DNA of 64,000 nucleotides from an uncultured Bacteroides sp. (GTDB lineage: Bacteria; Bacteroidota; Bacteroidia; Bacteroidales; JACABE01), in assembly GCA_964496885.1 (NCBI GenBank), contig CAZCBG010000004.1, positions 16,455-80,454 of the forward strand, read 5' to 3'. Both the position numbers and the translations under genes were made by a program. Below, piece after piece: positions 9,098 through 18,271 of this stretch (position 1 is the stretch's first letter; each line of letters begins with the position of its first letter). The notes under the pieces were generated by a model. It did not search any database and had not been told where the DNA came from. It worked only from the letters and a program-made list of their open reading frames with translations.

Positions 9098-10645
9098 TTA
9101 TTTTTTAACTATTTTCTTAATTTCATATGTCTTTCCATTTTCAAGTTTTATTAAATATACTCCAGGTGAAAAGCTATTTGTTTGCACAACGGTTTTTTCT
9201 ACCAAACTGCCTTTGTGCACCACCTGACCAATAAAATTTAAAATCTCAAAGCTTGCCATTTCTCTATTTCCTTTCATTTCAATTGTAAGTTCGTTTGAAA
9301 CAGGATTTGGATAAACATCAAATATAAAAAGACTTTTATTTTCGTTAATCGTTGCAGGTAAAGCATTACGAACTAAACGGGCATAATTATAGATCCTTAC
9401 CGCATCTCCCTGAGGAGCATTGGCATTGTAATATCCATTTCCATTATGTGTATATCCTGTAAAACTACTGGGTTTTGGATCGCTTCGCTCACATCCGGCA
9501 CCATGTATATCAGTCCACCATAAGCCAGAGAAATAGCCCATAGCTCTGCCAAAGCAAACATAAGCGGCACTGGCTCCGTTAGTTTGTGTTTGCGAAGAAA
9601 AAGTAGTATTGCTCCAGTACCATGGGTAATCTGCAACACCTCCTTCATTTGTAATCTGAGTGCAGTTGAACATAGTGTTTATTGCTGCAGAACTTGTTGT
9701 TGCCGGAGAACGGCTATAGTCAACTATACTTTGTAATTCTTTTACATCGGGCAATCGCCAATCAGAATATCCAGCATATGTGAGATTTTCAGCATAACTT
9801 AATGCATCTTTCCATAAAAGCCCTGTCCCGTTATCGTTTTGCATCCACATCAGTCCGGTTACATTATCGGTAATAGTTCCGTTTCCGTTGTTAACGAATT
9901 GATTTATGCCATAGGCTGTATTTCCACGAACATATAAAACATAGTAATGCTTTGCTGTACCACATTCCGAAACAGTATAAGTAGTTGGATATCCTTTAAT
10001 TCGTCCATCTATAAAATTGAATCCAAACACAGTTTCCAGTGCGCCAAATGTTGTGCTGACATATAAAGTAGAGGTGACAATTTGACCATCTATTATCCTT
10101 TCAGTTCCAAGGCTTCCGTGTGCAAGTGAGTTCACGTCGCCGCATCCGACAGAGAAATAAGTTGTATCAATATATTTTACAGGAATTGGTTGGGTAGGCC
10201 CTGGTTCTGCGCCAAAAAACATTGCAAGGGAATAGAGCTCTTTAATACTAGGTAAACGCCAATCGGTGTAACCGCCAGTGTTGCATGTTGCAGCACCAGA
10301 CAATGCCTCAGCATAGGTCAGTTTATCATAAAAATTAATACTACCATCACCGTTTTTGTCCTCGGTTTGCTGCCATATCAGCCCTGTTATATTATCAGTT
10401 ACTGTGCCATTTCCATTGTTGGTATAAGATCGTGAGTTTCCGGGATGATTTGAATTCTGCCCATAGAATGCTTGCCCTGAAGAAGACATTGTTATTGCAA
10501 CAGTTGTGTCGTAAGCTATTGTCTGGCCTGTTCCGACAATTGAATACGTATGGGTTTGGCTAAATCCAATAAAATTTGTCATTGTTACAATGCAAATGGT
10601 CGCAAAAACATTGACTGCGTTTGATTTTTTCAAAATACTATTCAT
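9098..10645 (-). CDS. DUF1566 protein with T9SS C-terminal sorting domain
   Basis: 515 aa. Signal-like N-terminus, two DUF1566 units (GYTDWRLPSIKELYSL; GYSDWRLPDVKELQSIVDY), then a Por/T9SS tail (FDVYPNPVSNELTIEM...GVYLIKL..). 17-nt gap to the next gene. Confidence 0.75.
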   Translation of the reverse strand: MNSILKKSNAVNVFATICIVTMTNFIGFSQTHTYSIVGTGQTIAYDTTVAITMSSSGQAFYGQNSNHPGNSRSYTNNGNGTVTDNITGLIWQQTEDKNGDGSINFYDKLTYAEALSGAATCNTGGYTDWRLPSIKELYSLAMFFGAEPGPTQPIPVKYIDTTYFSVGCGDVNSLAHGSLGTERIIDGQIVTSTLYVSTTFGALETVFGFNFIDGRIKGYPTTYTVSECGTAKHYYVLYVRGNTAYGINQFVNNGNGTITDNVTGLMWMQNDNGTGLLWKDALSYAENLTYAGYSDWRLPDVKELQSIVDYSRSPATTSSAAINTMFNCTQITNEGGVADYPWYWSNTTFSSQTQTNGASAAYVCFGRAMGYFSGLWWTDIHGAGCERSDPKPSSFTGYTHNGNGYYNANAPQGDAVRIYNYARLVRNALPATINENKSLFIFDVYPNPVSNELTIEMKGNREMASFEILNFIGQVVHKGSLVEKTVVQTNSFSPGVYLIKLENGKTYEIKKIVKK

Positions 10646-10671
10646 ATTTGTCTTAAATATTAATAAGAAAG

Positions 10672-10679
10672 CAAAAATA
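10672..10679 (-). promoter_or_regulatory. -7 box for the DUF1566/TBDR/LytTR unit
   Basis: Plus-strand caaaaata, which is tatttttg on the minus strand. 27 nt upstream of ATG 10645. No comparable box in the internal gaps of the five-gene unit. Confidence 0.5.
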
Positions 10680-10936
10680 TATCAGATTCAATTTTATAAA
10701 AAATGAAATCAATATATAGCAGTAAAATATCACTCAATCCTTCAATTTTATCAATGAATGGGTTTACATTGTTTTCTTTCTAAAAGAAACTTTCATTCTC
10801 AACTAAACAATTGTATTAGGTTCGTCTGTCTTATTAAAATGAACACCAGCTTAAGGATGTTAATCAATTTTGAAAAAATCAAACAGAGAATCTGACAGAT
10901 AATGAAAAAATGTCCTCATTATTCATTTCATTTTTA

Positions 10937-10944
10937 TACTTTTG
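10937..10944 (+). promoter_or_regulatory. -7 box for the HisKA_3 kinase
   Basis: tacttttg, 22 nt upstream of ATG 10966. Confidence 0.5.
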
Positions 10945-10965
10945 AAATTCATTAACAATGCCAGC

Positions 10966-12759
10966 ATGCGAAAAATAGCTTTAACCGAAAAGATTATCCT
11001 CAATTTTCTTTTATTGGGAATAAGCATTATCATTATTATTGCTTCCTATTCGTTTTACACTTCTCGCAATGCATTGATGGATCGAACATTTGAACAACTT
11101 ACTTCCGTTCAGACCGCTAAGAAAAACCAGATTGAATCTTTTTTTGCTGATCGTATCCGCGATATTCGTTTTATTGCTGCTTCTGAAGATGCACAACGAT
11201 TGTTATTGCTTTTGAACAATCATAAAATTTCAGACAAAGAGAATCCCAAAGATACTGAAACCTTCATCAACAAAGCGTATCAACGCTATTTGAGTAAATA
11301 TTACAATGACTATTTGATTCTTGACCAAAAAGCTTCTCTGCTCAGTATCAACACCAAAGCTCCTCTGAATGACAGAATATCATTTGAATCTGCTGATGAT
11401 TTCCCACTTGAAACTTTGAAATCAAGTTTAAATAAAAGAGATTCTATTTATATTCAGGATTTTACTTTTAATCACAAAAAGCTGCGTCCTTGCATGTATT
11501 TGGGCGCACATATCTTGGATAAAAATCAATATATCATGGGTTTTGTTGCGTTAGAAATTTCATTTGAAGCTATTAATGCGATAATGTATGAAGACAATCC
11601 ACACAATGGGTTAGGTAAAACAGGAGAATCTTATCTGGTGGGCGAAGATTATTTAATGAGAAGTGGATCTCGTTTTCAGGAAAATGCTTTACTTAAAACG
11701 AAAGTTAAAACTGCATCTGTTTACAATGCATTAAAAAAACAAAATGGCACCGAAATTATTACTGATTACAGAAATATTGAAGCCCTTTCTGCCTATTCTA
11801 AATTAGATATACCCAATTTAAACTGGTGCATCATTGCTGAAATTGATTTAAAAGAAGCTTTCATTCCTGTTTACAAATTAAGACGCAACACCATATTAAT
11901 CAGTTTTTTATTAAGCATTACTTTGTTTATTTTTGCTTTTTTAATTTCTAAAAAGATTACACGTCCCATTAAAAATTTAAAAAATGCAGCTATAAAAATT
12001 GGCAAAGGCGAATTTAATGAACAGTTACAAATCTATTCAAAAGATGAAATTGGCGCTTTAACTGAATCATTTAATCTAATGATGAATCATTTGGAACAAC
12101 AGAGTCAGGAATTAGAAAAAGAAAAATTTTTGCGTTTACAATCTGTTATTGACGGCCAGGAAATGGAAAGACAACGCCTTTCGCGTGAATTGCATGATGG
12201 GTTGGGTCAATTGCTGATAGCTATTAAACTTAAACTGGAAAGTTTGATTTTTACCGATCGTTCAAAATTATTATATACCATTGATGGAATTAAAACCTTG
12301 TTCGACAGTACGATTGATGAAGTAAAGCGAATTTCTTACGATTTAATGCCAGCCGTTTTATACGAATTTGGTTTGGCAAAAGCCATCCGTAATTTATGCG
12401 ACGACATTGAAAACCGAACACATATCATCTTTATTTTTACTTTTGAATGCGATTCGGACAAACTCGACAAGCTCATAAAAACCTATCTGTTTCGTATTGT
12501 TCAGGAAGCCTTGAACAATATTGTAAAACATGCAGAAGCTACTAAAGTTACTATTTCGCTCCATCTCGAAAATAATGTGATTCAGTTGAAAATTGCAGAC
12601 AATGGGAAAGGATTTGATTTTGAAGAACAGTTTCAACTGCTCAAAACCAATGGGATTTACAATATGAGAGAAAGAGTCCATTTATTAAATGGAGACTTTG
12701 AAATAGAATCCAATTCTACAAATGGAACAATGATTAATATAAAGATATCGCTTAATTAG
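10966..12759 (+). CDS. Sensor histidine kinase (Cache-like periplasmic domain, HAMP, HisKA_3, HATPase)
   Basis: The ORF track starts at TTG 10942. I prefer ATG 10966 because a TActTTTG box sits at 10937..10944. Two TM segments flank a roughly 300-aa sensor region. HAMP (ITRPIKNLKNAA..), NarX/DegS-type H-box ERQRLSRELHDGLGQ, ATPase C-terminus. Confidence 0.85.
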   Translation: MRKIALTEKIILNFLLLGISIIIIIASYSFYTSRNALMDRTFEQLTSVQTAKKNQIESFFADRIRDIRFIAASEDAQRLLLLLNNHKISDKENPKDTETFINKAYQRYLSKYYNDYLILDQKASLLSINTKAPLNDRISFESADDFPLETLKSSLNKRDSIYIQDFTFNHKKLRPCMYLGAHILDKNQYIMGFVALEISFEAINAIMYEDNPHNGLGKTGESYLVGEDYLMRSGSRFQENALLKTKVKTASVYNALKKQNGTEIITDYRNIEALSAYSKLDIPNLNWCIIAEIDLKEAFIPVYKLRRNTILISFLLSITLFIFAFLISKKITRPIKNLKNAAIKIGKGEFNEQLQIYSKDEIGALTESFNLMMNHLEQQSQELEKEKFLRLQSVIDGQEMERQRLSRELHDGLGQLLIAIKLKLESLIFTDRSKLLYTIDGIKTLFDSTIDEVKRISYDLMPAVLYEFGLAKAIRNLCDDIENRTHIIFIFTFECDSDKLDKLIKTYLFRIVQEALNNIVKHAEATKVTISLHLENNVIQLKIADNGKGFDFEEQFQLLKTNGIYNMRERVHLLNGDFEIESNSTNGTMINIKISLN

Positions 12760-12794
12760 CAAGGTTCTGTTTTAAGATAATGTAAAAAATATAA

Positions 12795-12869
12795 AACCAC
12801 AGACACAGCGTTCACCGAGAAAAAAGCAAATTTTCTCTGTGTATCTCAATGATTTCGGCGTCTATGGTT
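12795..12869. repeat. Nested-palindrome (REP-like) intergenic element
   Basis: Outer arms aaccacagac/gtctatggtt (9 of 10), middle acacag/ctgtgt, inner gagaaaa/ttttctc. Relatively GC-rich island in an AT-rich spacer 36 nt after the kinase stop. Confidence 0.6.
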
Positions 12870-13204
12870 AAAAAAACTGTTTATAATTTCATGTTCTGTG
12901 TGATTATCCACAATATTAGTAAACAGAAGCATTAGTAACAACTTTTTCTTGCTATTTATAATTAAAGTTGTATTTTTGAAATATTTAAGCAATAAGTTTT
13001 GTCTGCTCTGTTCATGCAAGCCACATACAGCAATATGCTACAATTGGGGTTAGTAGCCATGTAAAATAGACAAAAATAATAAACAATTTTTAAAAAAATT
13101 GCTGGGTGTATGGAATAGTCCACAGAAAAGAAGCTGGGAAATTTTAAAGCCAATGCTAAAAAGACAAGGTGATTAACATTCAATGTTTTAATAGGGATAT
13201 TATT

Positions 13205-16200
13205 ATGAATGATAAAGACAAATCGAAAGTAGAACTCAATAGCGAGTTTGAGGAAATTTCGTTTAATGATATTTTTAATCTTGCAGATGTACAGCATTTG
13301 CAAGATTTATTTGCTGATGCACATGGAGTGGCATCAATAATTACCGATACAGAGGGAAAACCAATTACGCAAGCCAGCAATTTTACCCGATTGTGTGAAA
13401 ACATTATCCGAAAAACAGAAAAGGGATGCGCAAATTGTTATCATTCTGATGCATTAATTGGACGCCATAACTCTGAAGGTGCGATAGTTCAGCCATGCCT
13501 TAGTGGCGGATTGTGGGATGCAGGTGCTTCTATTACAGTTGGGGGTAAACATATTGCCAATTGGCTGATAGGTCAAGTGCGAAACATACTGGTTGACGAA
13601 GAGCAGATGATGCAATATGCCGATAAAATTGGCGCTGATAAAGCAGATTTTAAAGCAGCTTTAGACGAAGTACCTGTTATGACGGCAGAGCAGTTTCATA
13701 AAATTGCAAATTTACTGTTTGTTTTTGTCAAAGAGCTCTGTGAAAAAGCCTATAGTAATATGCAACTCAGTATTCAAATTGCTGAAAAAGAAAAAGCCAA
13801 TTCCTTACTACAGGAAAAGGAAGAAAATATAACTACTACCCTCTTATCCATCGGCGACGGTGTAATATCTACCGATGAAAAAGGCATGGTTATCCAAATG
13901 AATCCGGTTGCCGAAATGTTATGTGGGTGGAAGCTGACCGATGCATTAGGCAAGCCCTTAGGCGAAGTTTTTAGTATTATAAATGCCGAAACCCGCCAAA
14001 TAGTTGCCGATCCTGTTCAAAAAGTGTTGGAAAGAGGTGAAATTGTTGGGCTTGCTAACCATACTGTATTGATTTCCAGAAATGGAAACGAATACCAGAT
14101 TTCAGACAGTGCTGCACCTATCAAAAACAAGGATGGTGCAATTACAGGTGTTGTTCTTGTTTTTTCGGATGTAAGCGAAAAATATATTGTCCAAAAAATG
14201 ATAAAAGAAAGTGAAGAACGCTATAGCAGTTTGTTTGAGAATTTAGAAGCGGGAATAGTAGTTCATGCTCCCGATACTTCTATTGTTTTGAATAATCACC
14301 GTGCCTCTGAATTATTGGGTTTAAGCTATGATCAAATGAAAGGCAAGGTAGCTTTTGATCCTGCCTGGAAATTTATTAATGAAGCCAATGAAGCACTTCC
14401 ACTTGATGAATATCCAGTTAACAGAATAAAAAACAGTAAAAAATCAATAAAGAATAAGGTATTAGGCATACATCAGCCCAACAAAAACGAAATTGTTTGG
14501 GTAAGTGTGAATGGTTTTCCAATGATGAATAACAAAGGAGAAATCATAGAAATAGTAATAAGTTTTATTGACATCTCGATACGTAAACAAGTAGTAAGTG
14601 AATTAGTACATAGCGAAAACGAATTAAAAAAGGCTCAGCAACTTACGCATATTGGAAATTTTTATATAGATTTAAAAACAAATAAGGTTAGTTGGACTGA
14701 GGAACTATATAAAATGTATGGTTTTGACCCTGCCCTACCACCACCTTTACTTGATGAGAGTCAAAAGTTGTTTACTCCTGAAAGCTGGGAACTATTGTCA
14801 AGTTCAATTGCAGAATTAACAGAAACTGGAGTTGCGTACGAAATAGAATTAAAAACCTTTAGAAAAGATGGAAGTAATGGATGGATGTGGGCAAGAGGAG
14901 AAGCAAATAAAGATGCTGATGGAAAAATTACTGACATCTGGGGTGCTGTTCAGGATATTAGTGAACGAAAACTTGCAGAAGAAAAGCTAAAGGAAAGCGA
15001 AGAAAAATACAGACTAATGGTAGAGAACTCTGGCCTGGGTGTTGGAGTATATAGTTTGGATGGAAGCATACAATATTTTAATCAAAAAGCGTTGGATAAT
15101 ATAGGTGGTAAACCTGATGATTATATTGGCAAGTCGCTTTTAGAATGTTTTGGTGATATCAAGGGTGCAGAATATTTAAGTCGATTTAATGAAGCCATAA
15201 AAGTTGATACTACATTAGAATTTGAAGATTGTATAGAGACTCTCAATGGTAAAAAATGGTTTTATTCAAATCAAACTGTAATAAAAGATATAAATGGAAA
15301 TATAAAAGGAGTACAAGTAATAGCAAAAGATATCACAGAACGTAAAAATGCAGAAGAAAAAATATTAGAAAGCGAAGAAAAGTACAGAGAATTAGTAGAA
15401 AACTCACCCGATGCAATTGTTATTTATGAACAAGGTATTGTATTATTTGCCAATAAAAAATCTTATGAGATTTTAGGTGCGAACGAAAATGACGTAATAG
15501 TTGGTAAACCAATTATCTCGTTTGTACATCCTAGTTCAAAGGAGTTGGTAGTTGAGCGTATGAAAAAAGTAGCAACTGAAAATATAATTCTGCCATTTAT
15601 AGAAGAGCGATTACTTAAATTTGATGGCAGTGCTGCTGAAGTAGAATTAAAAGCTTTACCAATAAAGCTGGAAGGTAAAAAAGCAGTGCAGTTAATTATT
15701 CGTGATTTAACTGAACGTAAACTAGCTGAAGAAAAAATAAGGAAAACAGAACTACATTTTAAATCATTAATTGAAAAATCAACTGATGGTATTGTATTAC
15801 TTAACGGAAATGGAGAATTTAAATATATTAGTCCATCTACCAAAAGAATGTTTGGCTATGATGATACTGATGAGATTATAAGAAATCCTGCAACAGACAC
15901 CCATCCTGACGATCTGGAAATGGTTTTATCAGAAATGAATAAACTATTTATTGACACTTCATATGTTCCAAAATTAGAATATAGATACAGAAAAAAAAAT
16001 GGTAACTGGATTTGGGTTGAAACTATTTTTAGCAATTTGCTTGCCGATACTGTAGTTGAGTCAATAGTTTTAAATTTTAGAGATATTACTGAACGTAAAC
16101 AAGCTGAAGAGCAACTTCAAACGCGTGAAGCAAAATTTAGGGCTGTGGCCGAATTATCACCAATGGCAATCTATGCTTCGAGTGGAAGCGATCAAAAAGC

Positions 16201-18058
16201 AGTGTATGTTAACAAGACTTTTTATAAAATATTCGGTTTTTCGATAGAGGATGTTCCAACAGTCGGGCATTGGTGGATAAAAGCTTTTCCGGATGAAAAA
16301 TATCGCCAGTGGGTCATTGACCAGTGGACCTATAACATAGACCAGGCCAAAAATAACAACAGCGATGTGGAGGCATTGGAGTGCGTATGCAGCTGTAAGG
16401 ATGGTTCGGAGAAAAATATTGTCTGGGTAGGTAAAACAATAGGTGATGAATTCTGGGCGTTTGGGAATGATTTTACCGAGCTGAAACAGGCGGAACAAGA
16501 ATTAATCAATGCTAAAGAAAAAGCCGAAGAAAGTGCCAAATCCCTGAAAATCACACAAAATTTAATGCAATATGTCATCGAACATAATCGCAGTGCGATT
16601 GCTGTTCATGATAAAAACTTTAAATACCTTTTTGTAAGTAAAAGCTATTTAAAGGATTACAAAATAAAAGAAAACAACATAATTGGAAAGCACCATTATG
16701 ATGTACTTCCTGATATACCTCAAAAATGGAGAGACGTTCATAAGAAAGCCTTAGCAGGTGAAGTTTCAAGCGCTGAAGAAGATTCATATCTTAGAGATGA
16801 CGGGACATTAGAATGGACACGCTGGGAATGCAGACCCTGGTACGAAGCAGACAAATCTATCGGTGGTTTTATTATTTATACTGAAGTAATTACTCATCGT
16901 AAAAATATGGAATTAGAACTGATGACAGCCAAGGAAAAAGCCGAAGAAAGCGACCGACTGAAATCAGCCTTCCTTGCCAATATGAGTCACGAAATACGCA
17001 CTCCCATGAATGGCATACTAGGCTTTGCCGAAATATTAAAAGAAACAGATTTGACCGGTGATAAACAACAAGAATATATTAATATCATTGAGAAAAGCGG
17101 TAAGCGTATGCTTACTATTATCAATGATATTGTTGATATTTCTAGAATAGAGGCTGGAATGAAAGAGATTTCGTTATCAGAAATGAATGTAAATAATGTA
17201 ATAGAATATATTTATACATTTTTTAAGCCAGAGGCTGATAGAAATAATACTAAATTATTTTTTAAAAACACATTGTCGGCAAAAGCATGCATTATAGAAA
17301 CTGACAAGGAAAAAGTGGATGCCATTCTCATCAATCTTATTAAGAATGCTATTAAATTTACGCGAGGAGGTTCTATAGAATTCGGTTACAAGCAAAAAGA
17401 AAAGCAGCTTGAGTTTTTTGTAAAAGATACAGGTAAGGGCATTGCTGCTGATAAACTGGAAATCATTTTCGAAAGGTTTATGCAAGGCGGTCCATCGTAT
17501 GACATCAATCGTGAAGGGACTGGTTTGGGTTTATCCATTTCGAAAGCTTATGTTGAAATGCTTGGAGGGAAAATATGGGTAGAAAGCGAAGAAGGAAAAG
17601 GTTCTGTATTTTATTTCACAATTCCCAACAATACTGTTGAGAAAGAGAAAATAGCAGTAAATATTGTTAATGAATCAGACAATCCAATTGCACCATTAAA
17701 AATATTAATTGTTGAAGATGATGAAATATCTACTTCAATTATTGCAATTTTAATAACAAAAATAAGCAAAGAAGTGATCTATGCAAAAAATGGGATGGAA
17801 GCTGTTGAGGCTTGTAAAAACAATCCTGATTTAGATTTAGTGTTGATGGATATTAAAATGCATCAAATGAACGGATTGGAAGCTGCAAAACAAATACGTA
17901 AATTTAATAATGACGTAATCATCATAGCTCAAACAGCTTATAGTTTAAAGGGAGACAGAGAAAAAGCCATAGAAGCGGGATGCAACGATTATATTTCGAA
18001 ACCGATCATTAAAGATAAATTATTTGTATTAATTCAAAAGTATTTCAGTAAAAAGTGA
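13205..18058 (+). CDS. Giant hybrid sensor kinase: PocR-like domain, about 8 PAS modules, HisKA, HATPase, receiver
   Basis: Start moved to ATG 13205 (MNDKDK..). PocR-like Cys-containing sensor segment (CENIIRKTEKGCANCYHSD..QPCLSGG). Repeated PAS modules joined by ERK.AEE...SEEKYR linkers. H-box FLANMSHEIRTPMNGI, G-boxes, C-terminal REC (ILIVEDDE..LVLMDIKM). Confidence 0.9.
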   Translation: MNDKDKSKVELNSEFEEISFNDIFNLADVQHLQDLFADAHGVASIITDTEGKPITQASNFTRLCENIIRKTEKGCANCYHSDALIGRHNSEGAIVQPCLSGGLWDAGASITVGGKHIANWLIGQVRNILVDEEQMMQYADKIGADKADFKAALDEVPVMTAEQFHKIANLLFVFVKELCEKAYSNMQLSIQIAEKEKANSLLQEKEENITTTLLSIGDGVISTDEKGMVIQMNPVAEMLCGWKLTDALGKPLGEVFSIINAETRQIVADPVQKVLERGEIVGLANHTVLISRNGNEYQISDSAAPIKNKDGAITGVVLVFSDVSEKYIVQKMIKESEERYSSLFENLEAGIVVHAPDTSIVLNNHRASELLGLSYDQMKGKVAFDPAWKFINEANEALPLDEYPVNRIKNSKKSIKNKVLGIHQPNKNEIVWVSVNGFPMMNNKGEIIEIVISFIDISIRKQVVSELVHSENELKKAQQLTHIGNFYIDLKTNKVSWTEELYKMYGFDPALPPPLLDESQKLFTPESWELLSSSIAELTETGVAYEIELKTFRKDGSNGWMWARGEANKDADGKITDIWGAVQDISERKLAEEKLKESEEKYRLMVENSGLGVGVYSLDGSIQYFNQKALDNIGGKPDDYIGKSLLECFGDIKGAEYLSRFNEAIKVDTTLEFEDCIETLNGKKWFYSNQTVIKDINGNIKGVQVIAKDITERKNAEEKILESEEKYRELVENSPDAIVIYEQGIVLFANKKSYEILGANENDVIVGKPIISFVHPSSKELVVERMKKVATENIILPFIEERLLKFDGSAAEVELKALPIKLEGKKAVQLIIRDLTERKLAEEKIRKTELHFKSLIEKSTDGIVLLNGNGEFKYISPSTKRMFGYDDTDEIIRNPATDTHPDDLEMVLSEMNKLFIDTSYVPKLEYRYRKKNGNWIWVETIFSNLLADTVVESIVLNFRDITERKQAEEQLQTREAKFRAVAELSPMAIYASSGSDQKAVYVNKTFYKIFGFSIEDVPTVGHWWIKAFPDEKYRQWVIDQWTYNIDQAKNNNSDVEALECVCSCKDGSEKNIVWVGKTIGDEFWAFGNDFTELKQAEQELINAKEKAEESAKSLKITQNLMQYVIEHNRSAIAVHDKNFKYLFVSKSYLKDYKIKENNIIGKHHYDVLPDIPQKWRDVHKKALAGEVSSAEEDSYLRDDGTLEWTRWECRPWYEADKSIGGFIIYTEVITHRKNMELELMTAKEKAEESDRLKSAFLANMSHEIRTPMNGILGFAEILKETDLTGDKQQEYINIIEKSGKRMLTIINDIVDISRIEAGMKEISLSEMNVNNVIEYIYTFFKPEADRNNTKLFFKNTLSAKACIIETDKEKVDAILINLIKNAIKFTRGGSIEFGYKQKEKQLEFFVKDTGKGIAADKLEIIFERFMQGGPSYDINREGTGLGLSISKAYVEMLGGKIWVESEEGKGSVFYFTIPNNTVEKEKIAVNIVNESDNPIAPLKILIVEDDEISTSIIAILITKISKEVIYAKNGMEAVEACKNNPDLDLVLMDIKMHQMNGLEAAKQIRKFNNDVIIIAQTAYSLKGDREKAIEAGCNDYISKPIIKDKLFVLIQKYFSKK

Positions 18059-18075
18059 TCAAAATAATTAGGAAC

Positions 18076-18106
18076 TTGGTTATTGGTTATTAAGTTATTA
18101 GGAATT
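18076..18106 (+). repeat. 7-8-bp periodic T(T/A)GGTTAT-type array
   Basis: ttggttat tggttat taagttat taggaatt, starting 18 nt after the hybrid-kinase stop. Confidence 0.7.
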
Positions 18107-18122
18107 AAACCCAATTACGAAT

Positions 18123-18170
18123 TAAGAGACTAAGAGACTGAGGAAGCAGGGAGAAAAGGAGAGAAAAGGA
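18123..18170 (+). repeat. Purine-rich short tandem duplications
   Basis: taagagac x2 (18123..18138) and gagaaaagga x2 (18151..18170), both perfect tandem copies. Confidence 0.8.
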
Positions 18171-18172
18171 AT

Positions 18173-18205
18173 GAGATGCTTCGCTACACTCAGTGTGAGA
18201 AAAAA
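18173..18205 (+). repeat. Half-copy related to the right arm of the 61549..61634 palindromic element
   Basis: gagatgcttcgctacactcagtgtgagaaaaaa versus gagatgcttccttcgtcagcatgacaaaaaa. The first 10 nt are identical, and tcag..tga..aaaaaa is shared. Confidence 0.5.
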
Positions 18206-18240
18206 TACAAGCCGGCTGATAACGGTGTTTGCAAATTACT

Positions 18241-18248
18241 TATATTTG
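18241..18248 (+). promoter_or_regulatory. -7 box for the NarL-type regulator
   Basis: tatatttg, 24 nt upstream of ATG 18272. Confidence 0.5.
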
Positions 18249-18271
18249 TAACAAAATAAACCCTTATTGTC

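Noticed and set aside
7827-10645. Diversity-generating retroelement (DGR) target hypothesis for the two DUF1566/CLec-like genes. Their C-terminal ..YW..T..(variable)..VRLVRN layout resembles known DGR variable regions.
   Set aside because: There is no reverse transcriptase gene in the window. I could find no template repeat (near-identical copy differing at adenines) of either 3' region. The Asn-rich patch in the 515-aa protein uses AAT rather than AAC-type codons. A distant TR/RT elsewhere in the genome cannot be excluded.
12962-13303. 113-aa minus-strand ORF in the spacer upstream of the giant kinase, overlapping its start.
   Set aside because: Low-complexity, Phe/Ile/Lys-rich translation typical of AT-rich non-coding DNA. 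It overlaps the well-supported kinase start, and I saw no promoter box or recognisable motif.
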